NCBI GenBank assembly: GCA_045837725.1
Contig: JBEWZL010000172.1
Coordinates: 1-37,927, forward strand
Direction of reading: 5' to 3'
DNA length: 37,927 bases
From: Vermamoeba vermiformis
Taxonomy: Eukaryota
Program-made: the position numbers and the translations under genes
Shown here: positions 11,530-23,844 of the stretch, piece by piece
How positions within the stretch are numbered: position 1 is the stretch's first letter
How the letters are laid out: every line of letters starts with the position of its first letter
Notes under the pieces: generated by a model
Databases searched by the model: none
Told to the model about the DNA's origin: nothing
Seen by the model: the letters and a program-made list of their open reading frames with translations, nothing else

Positions 11530-14500
11530 CTACTGTTTCATGGGTTTGCCACTGTCGTTCAAGATCTCCAAACCATTGGTGGGAAGACCATAACAGCAGC
11601 TACTCACGTCTTTGCCATTCGCTGCTTCTTGCAATTGAAAACCACGATGGAAGATCTTCAACAGTTTGTTCTCATCGTCACTCAGTTTGTTTCGAAGGGC
11701 ACGATCTGCTTCTTCGAGCTCTTCATGTGTCTTGAACACCATCACTCCGTTCTTGGGTGAAAACAGTCGTGGAGTCGCGTCACCTGTTCTCATCACGTAG
11801 TCCATGTAAGAGCCTAGAGAATTATATTAGCACATGGCCAGTCATTCTACATAAGCTTTAAACGTACCCAATGGTCCTTTAAAACGGTCAAGAAGTGACA
11901 CATTCATTGTGTATTGCAAGAAGTCTCGCACAAAGCGATGAGAGTTGAACTCGTCAGATGAATAGCGGTACTCTACGTTCCATTTTTGAATGAAGTTGAT
12001 CATCTAAAAGAACGCAAGTAGTGTTAGCAATGGGTGGATAATGACTTAAAATGAAAGGGCGACTTACTTTTTGTGCCGTCTCTTCAGAGAAGTCAAACTT
12101 GACCGAGTCTTGAATGTCGAACAAAACAGCCACTGCGTTGCCGTGCTTGAGCTCGCCAATGTGCACGATACCACTTTGATTCCATTCGATGATCTAAACA
12201 AATGGTTGATTAACAAGACTGACTAGACCTGAACGTTGACAGTTGTGTACGTACTGTGTTGGCGATCTGAAGACCAGAGTGCACACCATCAACAATTGAT
12301 TTGCCTCTGAAAGGACGCATCAGCTTGGCGACGTTCGTTGCCAATCCTGCTGATGTTGATGCGATGAACACACGAACTGCGATTTTGGCATTCTGAATCG
12401 ATGGTTAAACTGAGGAGAATAACGAATAGCTGTCATTACTTACCTTGTCAGTCTTGAAGTTGAACAATTGTTGACGCAGTTGATCGCTGTTGTAGCACTC
12501 TTCGAGCGTCTTATTCCACTTATTATCAAAATTCTTCAGTTCGGCGCTTTTCTCTTCCAATACTTTTCGTTTGTTTGCCGGCAATTTATCTAAAGTCGGC
12601 GGACATTCTATTGGCAGATCATCGATGATCATTGGCTCAACCTCCTCTGGCGGCGCTAACGTTTTAGCAGCTGCCACTGCAACGTGCGAACTTGACCTGG
12701 TTATCAACGGCAAGTTTGGTAGAGTTACCAGTCTAAATCTTTGGCAAAACGTTAGTTACTTTTCTTTAAAAACTCAGTCGTACATACTTGTTAGGCGTAG
12801 GTTGTTCAGCAATGTCATCGCAAATCATTTGTTCTTTCAAGTGCTCCAACTCTTCAGTGAACTGCTCGTTTCCAGCTCGTTTCATTGAAGTTTCAACATC
12901 GCTAATGAAGCACTCGTAGATCTCGGTCAATCCGTCTTCTTTCAGGGTTTGAAGGATGTCCTTTTTGCGTTGAAGAACGTACCAAAGAACGTACGCTGGG
13001 CATCGGATGTAGACGAGCACACTGCCGTTGACTACTGACGCATCTTCCAAGTCATATTCTATACCAAGTGCAGCTAAGGAAGTTGCAGCATACTCCGTCC
13101 TGGGTTTGATACCTTTAGGCTCGAACTTGAAACAAAGAAAAATGTTCTGAACAACGCGCTTGGCGACACGTGCCAGCGTCCACTGCAAGAAGAAATTCTT
13201 GAATGGATCAGCTAGCTGAGCGGCACCAAGACCTTTTCTCCAAGAAGCACCACCAACGACAACTTCGCGAAGTTGCTCAATTGATACTACTAGCTTCACT
13301 GACTGCGCTAGCGTTGAGTAGTTGAGCTCTACGGGTCTAAAATCAGCTCCTTTAACAGCGAACTCCCATGACTCGGTGCCAATGTTAGCAATGCGAGAAA
13401 TGGCCATGAGAGGGTCTTCTTGCTTGTCTTGATTTTCGAGTAGCAAGATGACTTCGCTTGTTGCAGGCAAGTAATCATCCAAGACGTACAATCTCTCAGC
13501 CTTTTCATAGGGAAAGAGCAGTACGTGTCGTATGGTGTTGTTCGTCTTTTTAAGACTATACAGGCGCTGGTGCGTTGTCGAGCTGACCTCTTCAGCGAAT
13601 CCACAATTAATGAGCGTTGAATACGCCATTTGGATGCACTCGTCGTTGTCCGGGACCAGCAGAAGGAAGTTAACAATGAGCGCTTCAGTTGAAGCAACTT
13701 GCATGCCGTTTGGAAGAACTTGTGGCGGTGTCTGGACTTGAAACGGGCTTTGTACTTGTGACGGGGTTTGGGGCGCTTGGCCTTGTGGTGAGGTTTGCAC
13801 TTGCGGCGTACCAACTTCGTATAGAAAGTCCATCACCTCCCCGCTACTCGAAGGGCTGATGCTACTATTGGGCGAGATGAGGTTGCTTCCAAACTGGTTT
13901 ATCAAGTCATTATATTCAGCGCTGAACGGCGTTGGTTGTGCACTGTAGTTAGTCGCTGTTTGAGACTCATCGTCGAGCTGCATGTCGTTGTTGTTTGTTG
14001 GAGAGAGTTTGGCTCGTTTGTTTCTATTTGGCTGAGTCGACAAGCAATAGATAGTGTCCTCTGTCTCGTCAGGAAACCTAAAGCGAAGAGTTCCTCGCTT
14101 ATTTTTGTGAAAGTCAACTTGGTTCAAGTAGTAAGTCACGCCATTTGAAGCGGCGAAAGTACGGCTCTCCTTCCAAATAAACAAGTTTGTGTCTTCGATT
14201 ATCAGCATCACTGGTTCAGTAGTAACGAACCAATAAATTGCTCGTGCAGTAAGAGCATTGCCCGGAGGTAGTTTCGATATTTCAACGGCCCTTTGGAGTT
14301 TTAGATCTGGTGAAAGTCGAGTTCCAACATCTTTGACTCGCGTACAATATATCCGATTCCTTAAAATTACGTTATAATTGTGACGCTTTCTGCCAACACT
14401 TACGTTTGGACGGATGGGACCCGAATCCGCTGTTCTTCGACTGAATCCTCCCGAGGACGCTTCGCCCTAATTTTGTTGTCAATATTTTATTAATGAAAAA

Positions 14501-14565
14501 TGGAATTCTACTCACGCGTAATTGCGCTGGGGTAAATCTGCCGGGTAAGTATTTCGATCTGACAT
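11530..14565 (-). CDS. Multidomain protein: unknown domain X - NLS/QP-rich linker - unknown domain M - PPPDE-like pseudo-peptidase (Cys>Ser)
   Basis: Exons join in frame from ATG 14565 through ORFs 12766-14211, 12405-12713, GVHSGLQIANT, YSSDEFNSHRFVRDFL, to stop 11530. Further 5' exons possible. Confidence 0.75.
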
Positions 14566-14981
14566 TTCTCCTGAACCTGAAGCAATAATTAGCTATTATG
14601 GAGCTAAAATTAAATGAATTATAATTTAAATTAGTTTAATTTAATTAAATTTAAATGTCAATCTGCGGATTCATGATTTTTTACCGTAAAATCCAATTGG
14701 CTGTTGTATACTTTCTTGGCTTGGTGTTTCAAAGCCTCTTTTATGTTTTAGACCAAAAGAATTGAATGCGCATTACCCAAAATCAATTCTTTCCAAGCAC
14801 GTGCCTCGCTCGCATTGAAATGTTAGGCCAGAAATTTAAATCTTTTGTCGACGAGAATCGATCTATCAATACCAAAAGATGCAATATATCCACCAAATAT
14901 AGAAAGGCGAGAGTGTGGGCGAAGCGGCAGATCCGATCAGAAGATCCACAAGTAAAATAAGTGCTTTGGGTTTAATGTATT

Positions 14982-17731
14982 TCATTGGTTCAAGATCTCC
15001 AAACCATTCGTGGGAAGTCCATAACAGCAGCTACTCACATCTTTGCCATTCGCTGCTTCTTGCAACTGAAAACCACGATGGAAGATCTTCAACAGTTTGT
15101 TCTCGTCATCACTCAGTTGGTTTCGATCTACTTTTTCGAGCTCTTCATGTGTCTTGAACACCATCACTCCATTCTTGGGTGAAATCAGTAGTGGAGTCGC
15201 GTCACCTGTTCTCATCACGTAGTCCATGTAAGAGCCTAGAGAAGCGTATTAGCTCATGTAGTCATCACATACAGACGTACCCAATGGTCCTTTGAAGCAA
15301 TCGAGAAGTGACACATCCATCGTGTATTGCAAGAAGTCTCGCACAAAGCGATGAGAGTTGAACTCTTCAGATGAATAGCGGTACTTGATGTTCCATAGTT
15401 GAATGAAGTTGATCATCTGACGAAGTAGTAGATGTAGTTAGCAAACTATCATAACCTTAGCTAGCTAGTGTACTGTTTACTTACCTTCTGGGCAATCTGT
15501 TCCGTAAAGTCAAACTTGACTGAGCCTTGAACATCGAACAAAACAGCCGTGGCACTCGTGGGTTTTAGCTCACCAATGTGCACGATACCACTTTGATTCC
15601 ATTCGACGATCTAGCGTACAAATGAGTACTAATGAAGAAATGTCGGTTATTCACTTACTGTATTGGCGATCTGAAGGCCAGAGTGCACACCATCGACAAT
15701 TGATTTGCCTCTGAAAGGACGCATCAACTTGGCGACGTTTGTTGCCAATCCTGCTGATGCTGATGCGATGAACACACGAACTGCGATTTTGGCGTTCTGA
15801 ATCGATGGTTAAAATGAGGATAATAACGGATAGCTGTCATTACTTACCTTGTCAGTCTTGAAGTTGAACAATTGTTGACGCAGTTGATCGCTGTTGTAGC
15901 ACTCTTCGAGTGTCTTATTCCACTTATTATCGAAGACTTTCATAGCGTTATATTTTGCCTCAAGCGATTGTTGCCGCTCCTTTGAAAGTTTGTCGACGGT
16001 GGGAGGCATGGTTGGTAGATGTACAACCTTGAATCTGCGTACATAACGAGTTAAAACATTAAATAGCTTGTAGAATCGCCTTACCTTGTCGCTGTTGGCT
16101 GTTCTAGCACATCATCTTCAAGCATGAGCTCCTTCAAAAATCTCAACTCCTCGACGAACTTTTCATTGCTGGGTCGCTTCATTGACGCTTCAATATCGCT
16201 GATGAAGCACTCGTAGATCTCTGTCAGTTTGTAGTCGCTGAGAGTATCGAAAACGTCTTGTTTGCGCTGAAGAATGTACCATGGAAGATACGACGGGCAA
16301 CGGATATACACGAGGACACTGCCATGGACCACAACGGGCGTATATTCATATTCGATGTCGAGCGCAGCAAGTATGATGGCAGCGTACTCGGATAACGCTT
16401 GAACAACGTCTGGTTCGAACTTGAAGCAGAGATAAATCGCTTCTGGGGTATGTCTGACAACCCGTTCGGAGTTCAAAGTCCATTCAATGAGGAACCTGTT
16501 GAACGGCCCTTGAAGCTCTTGGATTGTGGCGTTCTGACAGCTCGCACCACCGAGAATGCCACGCAGCTTTGAGATCGAAAAGAGTGTTTTGACAGACGGT
16601 TCCAGCGGCTCGTAGTTCAACACTAACTGACCAAAGTTGGCTGTCTTGGTCACGAACTCCCACGTGTTGTTGACCAAGATATTGTTGACAATAGTGGCGA
16701 CGTTATTCACTTGTTTTATGGCCATCAACTCGTTCGGTTGCTGCTCTCCTTTGTTGTCAATCAGCAACAGGACTTCACTGGCTTGCGGCAGGTAATCGTC
16801 GATTCGGAGATATCTATTCTCGGTGCCAAAAGGAATCAAGAGCACGTGTCGCTTGGTGTTGACCAAGTCTGTGTGGCTGTAGATGTACTGACGATTGTGC
16901 GAGCTAACTTCTTTCTTGAAGCCAACGGTCGTCAGTGCCGTGTCAGCCATTTGAATGAAGTCAGGTTCGTCAGGAACTAACAGCAGTGTGTTGATGACAA
17001 CTATGGTCTTAGGAGGTAGCTTGCTGAGGAGATCTTTCAGATCGAATGGCTCCTGACAAGGAAACGTTAGTTCGTTAAAAGTTTCAACGCAAGATCCAAT
17101 TTACCTCGGGTGATTTTGCAACTCCAATATTCTCTAATAAGAGATCAAGTGGTGGCAAGCATTCTACTCGCACTATAGTACCGTCTGTAAATTCAAAACC
17201 AATTGCTCCACGCTCCTTGGCTTTAAAATCGACTCGGTAGAGGTAGTGCACGATGCCACTGGAATCTTCAACTTCAGTTTGCGACTTCCAAGCGAATAAT
17301 TTGTCGTTGTATTGAATATCTTCCAACACTTCTGTTGTTACGAACCAATAGCATGCAAGCGACGGCAATTGTTTGTCCTGGGGAACGGGTTGAGCGAATT
17401 GAAGGATCCGTCTGTTCCGCTCCTCTTTATTTCCAGGACTTTGCACTTTCTCGACCCTAACATAGCGCAATGACCTAGTTCAATAATTAATAACGAAATT
17501 GCAAGGCGAATACAGAAGATTTTGCACATCTGGCAATTAAAACCAGATTTTTTGTTAGAACCAAATTTCTGTATAATTATTACTCGATAATTTGACGCTA
17601 ATACTTAAATTGTAGCTGATTCAAAATTGATAATTAATTTTAATGCATCTGGTTAATTTTCCGCTTTGAAAACGAACTTACTTAGACTCCATGCTGCCTT
17701 ATTTGCATTAGTGTTGTTGGCGACCAACGCT
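14982..17731 (-). CDS. Paralog: domain X - domain M - PPPDE-like pseudo-peptidase (Cys>Ser); 5' end uncertain
   Basis: ORFs 17084-17470, 16081-16950, 15809-16009 and 14982-15227 splice in frame; YSSEEFNSHRFVRDFL; small upstream exons at about 17682-17731 and 17514-17529. Confidence 0.72.
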
Positions 17732-17955
17732 CTACAGAGAAGAAATGTCGATTTTCGAAGCTAAAATGAATTGCCTCCCTGTCATTTCCGAGGAGCCAAT
17801 TCATCAGGGTTCGACCAACAGATCTAAGTACGCAGTAACCTCCATACAGCGCTGTATAGCGAATAACTTCCAATTACTCCAAACAAGGTTTAATTCAGTT
17901 CTGATCCAACCCAAGGCCTAATCATACAATTTTATACACGCTATTTTACACTCTT

Positions 17956-20608
17956 CTACTTACAATTGGCATTACAGCTAGAAATAGCCCAATTTGGCAA
18001 AGGACATTTCAAAGGCACGTGCGACATGTCACAAGACTTGAAAGACGGTCTGCCAGGTACAAATTGGGTCTGTTCAATGCTGCTGATCGACGTGTGGGCC
18101 ATACGGAGCACTTTAATCGTGCGCAGCTGTGTTTCGCTGAAGCTTAATGTGCCAGTCAAGTTGTTCGAGCCCATGAGCAGCGAAACAATGCCAGTCAAGT
18201 TGCTCAGGTTCGCGACATCACCCACAAGCTTATTGTTCTCAATGTTGAGGTTAGTCGTTACGGCACTAAACTCAGGCAACGGGCCCTCGAGGAGGTTATT
18301 GCTAACGTCGAGATGCGTGACGTTCACGAAGGGAATAGTGCCTGTAAGTGTATTGTTTGCGAGCTTAACTTCGTGCAACTGTGGTGCGCTGACAATGCTC
18401 GCAGGAATGGTGCCGCTGAATCTATTGTTGTCCAGTCGGAGGGTACTAAGTGAAGCCATGTGCGCGAGTTCTTCAGGAATCGTGCCAGTCAAGTCATTTT
18501 GTTGAAGTTGAAGCACTTGCAATTGTGTCAATGCAGTAATGTCCGATGATAAAGTTCCGCTGATATGATTGCCAGATAAATCCACTTCAATTAACGTCGT
18601 TAAGTCGAACAAGCTCGAAGAAATTGTGCCGCTGAGACCATTTTCTTGCAATGCTAGCTTCGTAACAGATTTGCCTGTGCAGCTCACGCCGTACCACGTG
18701 CAAATAGGTATAGATTTGTTGAGCCAGCCAATACTATGTCTCCAATTCAGGCCATTTGTCGAGAGATACAGGTCTTTGAAGACGCGCTCGATCAGCGGAT
18801 CTTGAGGTTCAGCAGGACCCGAGTGGGCAGGCGTCAATGGGTCCGCAGGAACATGAGTAATATGTCCAGGAATGATCATGACTGCAATCATCGCACCAAC
18901 ACCTACTATGGCGAGACCGGCTATCAAGATGATAACTTTCCAGATCGTGCTGAATCCTGGACCGGATTCGCCAGATTCGTTCTCTTCTGTCTTCACAGGC
19001 TCCTTCTTTGCTTTCTTCGTCTTTTCTTTTTGAATAAATTCTTCGTATATTGAATCAAAAGTTTGATGGAACTTCGTTTTGTCTGTCTTAATGTTTTGAA
19101 TGTCGTTGTAATTGGCACGAACCGATTCACTCAGATATGGTAGTAACGCTTCATAATCGACATGAAGCACACCTAGAAGATACCACCATCAGTTTAATAT
19201 ACTAATTGACCGCAGTAGGCTCGATGGAACTCACCATCAATGAGCTGAACAGCTTCAGGAACAACACTCTCCACTTGTTGTGCAATGTAGCCAACAAATC
19301 GTCTGTTCGTGTCTGGATGCACTCCTTGCTTGAACTTGTAATCAACACCATCGATCTTTAGCAACGTGTCACGGCAGTCGTGATCTGAAGTCAAGAAATG
19401 ACACGTGTCAGTCATGAATTACGCGCACGATTATGCTGATGGTAGGCATTGTAAAGTGTTATAGCCAGCACCTCGTACGTACCTTCAACTAGTAGCCTGA
19501 TATCCTCTTTGATATTGATGTCTGATGACTTGTAGAAGTTCAATGCTCTGAAGTTTCCAACGACTTCTGCATTGCCGTTGTAAAGTATCATATAATTCTC
19601 GTTCTGCATCTGTTGCGGTATATCTTCGTAAGGAGAATAATGCTGTTGTTGTAAGGTTGGTAGATTTGGGTTCGGAAACATGAGCAATTCGTAGTCGGAA
19701 CTGGATGCGCGGGTTAGCAAACCTTAAATTGAAGCGTTTTTACTAGTATTAACTTACTAATGCCCCGATAATAGGCCCTGTTGAGGGCTATTCGACATTG
19801 CTACATTTGTATTGGAACCAGGCCTATGTAAGTTATTAATAACGCCTAATATTTTGGTACAGAGCGAAATTATTGATGCTTACGCTATATAACTCGTAGA
19901 GCTTGCGTATGATTCTATCGAAGGGCTCGTGTAATAATCGTGCGATGTGTTTGCAATATTCGCTGTTGTATCCATTCGTGCCTCGCTTTGATCGGGCTTA
20001 GGTTCGTTGGTAAGTGGATCCCAGTCGATTGATAGCCTAACTATAATAACGTGCAATTAATTTTGAGCCTTACAACGAAGTTTGAAACTAAAATGGGAAT
20101 TGGGTCCCATCGAGATGGCGGCTAAAACAAAAAAATAATTACCTTCATCGCCATCGATATCTAAATCATTTCCATGTCTTCGCTTTGGCAATACTTTGAA
20201 TAGCGCAGATACTCCTTGGTTCTTGTACGCTCCATCCACGAAGTAAAGCGCTGATATTCTTACAAGCTGCTCTTTCATTTTTCTAAAATCAAATACTCCA
20301 TGGCTGACTTTAATTCTAATTATTACGCCTTCAATTTCCTCGGTTTGAGGGTTCTTTTGGAAGCTGAGCGGATGCCTTTTTCCCCACGTTGCCCAATCCT
20401 CATAAGTGCGTTCGGCATATTCTCTGTCGGCTAAACAATATAATTGCAGTTGATATAAATGCACTTGGCCTGTTGCTGTGTCTTTGAGTGAAAAACCGAA
20501 ACGATTATTGCCCGGATTTGTTGGTGTTAGTCGGTCCACTTGATGGCCAACAGGGCAAACTAAGGGTACGTACACCCTAAATAAATTTCTTACGTGTACT
20601 TTCTGCAT
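17956..20608 (-). CDS. MYRF-like protein copy 3: putative DBD - ICA - TM - LRR
   Basis: HVRNLFRVYV...SALFKVLPKRR; SSDINIK; GYIAQQV; TM WKVIILIAGLAIVGVGAMIAVMII; CTWYGVSC cap and LRRs. Confidence 0.87.
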
Positions 20609-20747
20609 GGAGGAAGACAATGATTCTGTTTTCGTGTCTCGCTAGACGTCAATGGGTGTCACCCGCGGGTTGTATTTTCTGCGTGCACATTTTAAAGGGG
20701 CGTGTATTGAACATTATTATTTACAGCATAAAAACTATTAACATAAA

Positions 20748-23371
20748 TTAGCTACAGGTGGCTTTACATTTCGCTGCCCAACTCGGCAGCGGGCAAATGA
20801 ACGGGGTATCGCTCGCGTCACATCTGTTGAAGTTTGGACTCGGACTAGACTCTTGCTCCACCAAGTGCTTGATCTTCGTGTGAGATACATCAAACACTGT
20901 TAGTGTTCTTAACTGGTCGGAACTGAGCTCCAGCGTGTCGTTGAAGTTATTGTACGACAGATCTAGCACTACCAAACTCGACATTTCCGTAATGGTATGG
21001 AGGTTGCCATAGAAGCTATTATTAGACAAATTCAAGTGCGTTGTTGACCATGAAAGAGATATGGTGCCTTCGAGGCGGTTGTGGCTCAGATCTAACCTCG
21101 AGATGACAAACTGCGGGATCACGCCTGTAAATTTGTTTCTTGATAGGTTCAGCTCGACCATCGCCAATTGTATGCCCATCATATCCGGAATAGTACCCGA
21201 GAGCTCGTTGTTGCTGAGATCCATAACTATGAGGCTAGTTTGAATAAATTCTTTCGGGATCGTGCCGCTGAACTTATTTCCGCTAAGAATCAATGTTCGA
21301 AGCTCTTTGTTCTCCAATACGACCGCGGGAAGGGATCCTTCTAGTAAGTTGTTCGTCAAATTGAGCAGCGTTAAATTTCCTAATTCGGAAAAAGTTTCTG
21401 GGATGGTTCCCACCAAGTTGTTGGAGGGTAAATTGAGCTCCACAACGGCAGAATTCTTGCACTTGACGCCAAACCATTTGCAGACAGTAACACTCGTATT
21501 CAGCCAGTTATCTCGTATCTTCCAGTTCGGTCCATTCGTTGCTTCGTAAAACTCTTTCAGTGCGATGAACGTAGCAGACTTTTCTTCACCAACGGGTTCG
21601 AGGGGTATTTCGGGCACGCTCGGCGGGGTGTTAGGCACCGGATCGTGAAGTTGTGACGTCACAACTAAGTAGGTAACGAGGCCTATTGTTGCACACGTCG
21701 CTACTATACTGATAATGATTATAGTCTTCCACAACGTGCTCAGACCTTTCTTGCTCGGGGCTGGTCTCTTGGTCTCTCGTCTGCTGCTCTCAGTGACAGC
21801 AACTGGTGTTTTGAGGTCTTCTTTCTTCACAAACTGCTCGTACATACTGTCAATAGCTTGCTGTATCCGATCTGCCTTCGCGTTAACATCCTTTATATCA
21901 TTGAAGTTCTGCTTGATAGACTCGCTTAGATATGGTATCAGAGACTCATAGTCAACGTGCAGCACACCTGTATGAAGTTAATTAGTTTAACAGGGCATAC
22001 TGGCTCGGTGGAACTCACCATCAATGAGTTGAACAGCTTCAGGAACAACACTCTCCACTTGTTGTGCAATGTAGCCAACAAATCGTCTGTTCGTGTCTGG
22101 ATGCACTCCTTGCTTGAACTTGTAGTTTACTCCGTCGATTTGAAGTAGTGTATTGCGACAGTCGTGATCTGAAGTACATAAATGACACGTGTCAGTCATG
22201 TATTACACGCACGATTATGCTGAAGGTAGGAAGCGTAAAGTGCTCTATCCAACGCCCCGTACGTACCTTCAACGAGCAGCCTGATGTCCTCTTTGATATT
22301 GATGTCTGATGACTTGTAGAAGTTCAATGCTCTGAAGTTACCAACGACTTCTGCATTGCCGTTGTAAAGTACCATGTAATTCTCGTTTTGCGGTGAAATG
22401 TACTGCAACTCTGCTCGCTGTTGCATGGCGTAATCAATGTTAGTGTTATTAAAGCCTTGCATTTGCTCGTAATCATCCGGTGACGAAGAGCTAAAAAAAG
22501 GTTTAGTCGGACGAAACTGGCATAATTGATTATCGAACTTACTAGAACTTGTTTACATCCTCGGGCACGGGACTCGCTGAATTTGAAGAAGTTTCGGCGA
22601 CCACTGAAGACGTCTTTCTAATCCAACGGTTATACATAATCTTTTGTATATAGAAGGTTAGGCAAGCTTACAATTGGTCATCAGGGCTATCATAGCTTGA
22701 ATATGAACCAGAAACATCGAATGGATTGTAATTGTCGGAATTGAGGCCTTGGCTGCTAGCCGACACAGATGACGGATCGTTAATGCCACTTCCAGTGTTT
22801 GGTTCCCAATTAATGGGAATACATACTATAAAATATAATGTAAATAATCACGATTATGCTAATATTATCCGTAATGATTTCGCCGTGGAAAGTCCAGATT
22901 AAGAATTTTAGGACGCTAGTTAAGCTTACCTTCATCTTCATCTGCAGCTGTTCGTCTTTTAGGCAATATTTTAATAATTGGAGAGGCTGCACGTTGTTGT
23001 AGAATTCCATCCACGGAATAGTTCAATGCTATCCGCGCCAGTTGCTCATTTAATTTTCTAAAATCAAATACTCCATGATTTACTTTAATTCTAATTAATA
23101 CTCCTTCAATTTGATCATTCTCCGTCGTTTGAAAGCAGATCGGGCTTCGCTTTGCCCAAGTAGCCCAGTTTTCGTAGGATCTTGAGGGCTTTTCGTCATC
23201 AGCAATGCAGAATAATTCTAAGTGATAATTGTGCGTCCGATTTGTTGCCTTGTCTTTAAGAACAAAGCCGAATGGATTATCCGGCGGCGTTAACATCTGA
23301 AGTTGATACCCCGGAGGGCACGCTAAAGGCACGTATAGCCTGAAGAAGTGCCGAATATGCACCTTCTGCAT
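20748..23371 (-). CDS. MYRF-like protein copy 4: putative DBD - ICA - TM - LRR
   Basis: HIRHFFRLYV...SPIIKILPKRR; SSDINIK; GYIAQQV; TM WKTIIIISIVATCATIGLVTYLVV; CKWFGVKC cap and LRRs. Confidence 0.87.
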
Positions 23372-23844
23372 TCTTTAATTACGTGTCGTTGCAAAAATGA
23401 ACTCCAACAACCGATTGACAGGTGGTATAAACCGGATGGGACAAGGACGAGACAATTCCTTTTGTCGTCCAATTTTTCTATTTTGCGCAAAATACGAGCG
23501 ATTCGTAACTCATATTGATAATTATATTTCGTCTTTGCTCTTTATTGAACCTTTGCGATTGCGGAAAACTGGAATCCATTGTTTGATTGATTTCATTTGA
23601 GTTGATTTAAGCAACAAAACAGCAACAATGCTTGAAAACCTATTAGTAGATTAATTAAATTGATATTGGCCACATGAATCATTCTGCGACAGAAAAGTAG
23701 GTGCAGAGCAATGAACTTAGATTATTAAATATTTATTTAATTAAAAAGCCTTTACAATAATAAAATATAATTAATTCGTGTTAATTTTTGCTCAATTTTT
23801 ACCCATTTAGGGCAGCCACCTCGCTAGATGCTAGAAATCCGCTG

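Noticed and set aside
17966-19053. Plus-strand ORFs antisense to LRR exons (also 5539-5811, 8368-8652, 21061-21951)
   Set aside because: Shadow frames of the minus-strand coding sequence with no recognisable motifs.
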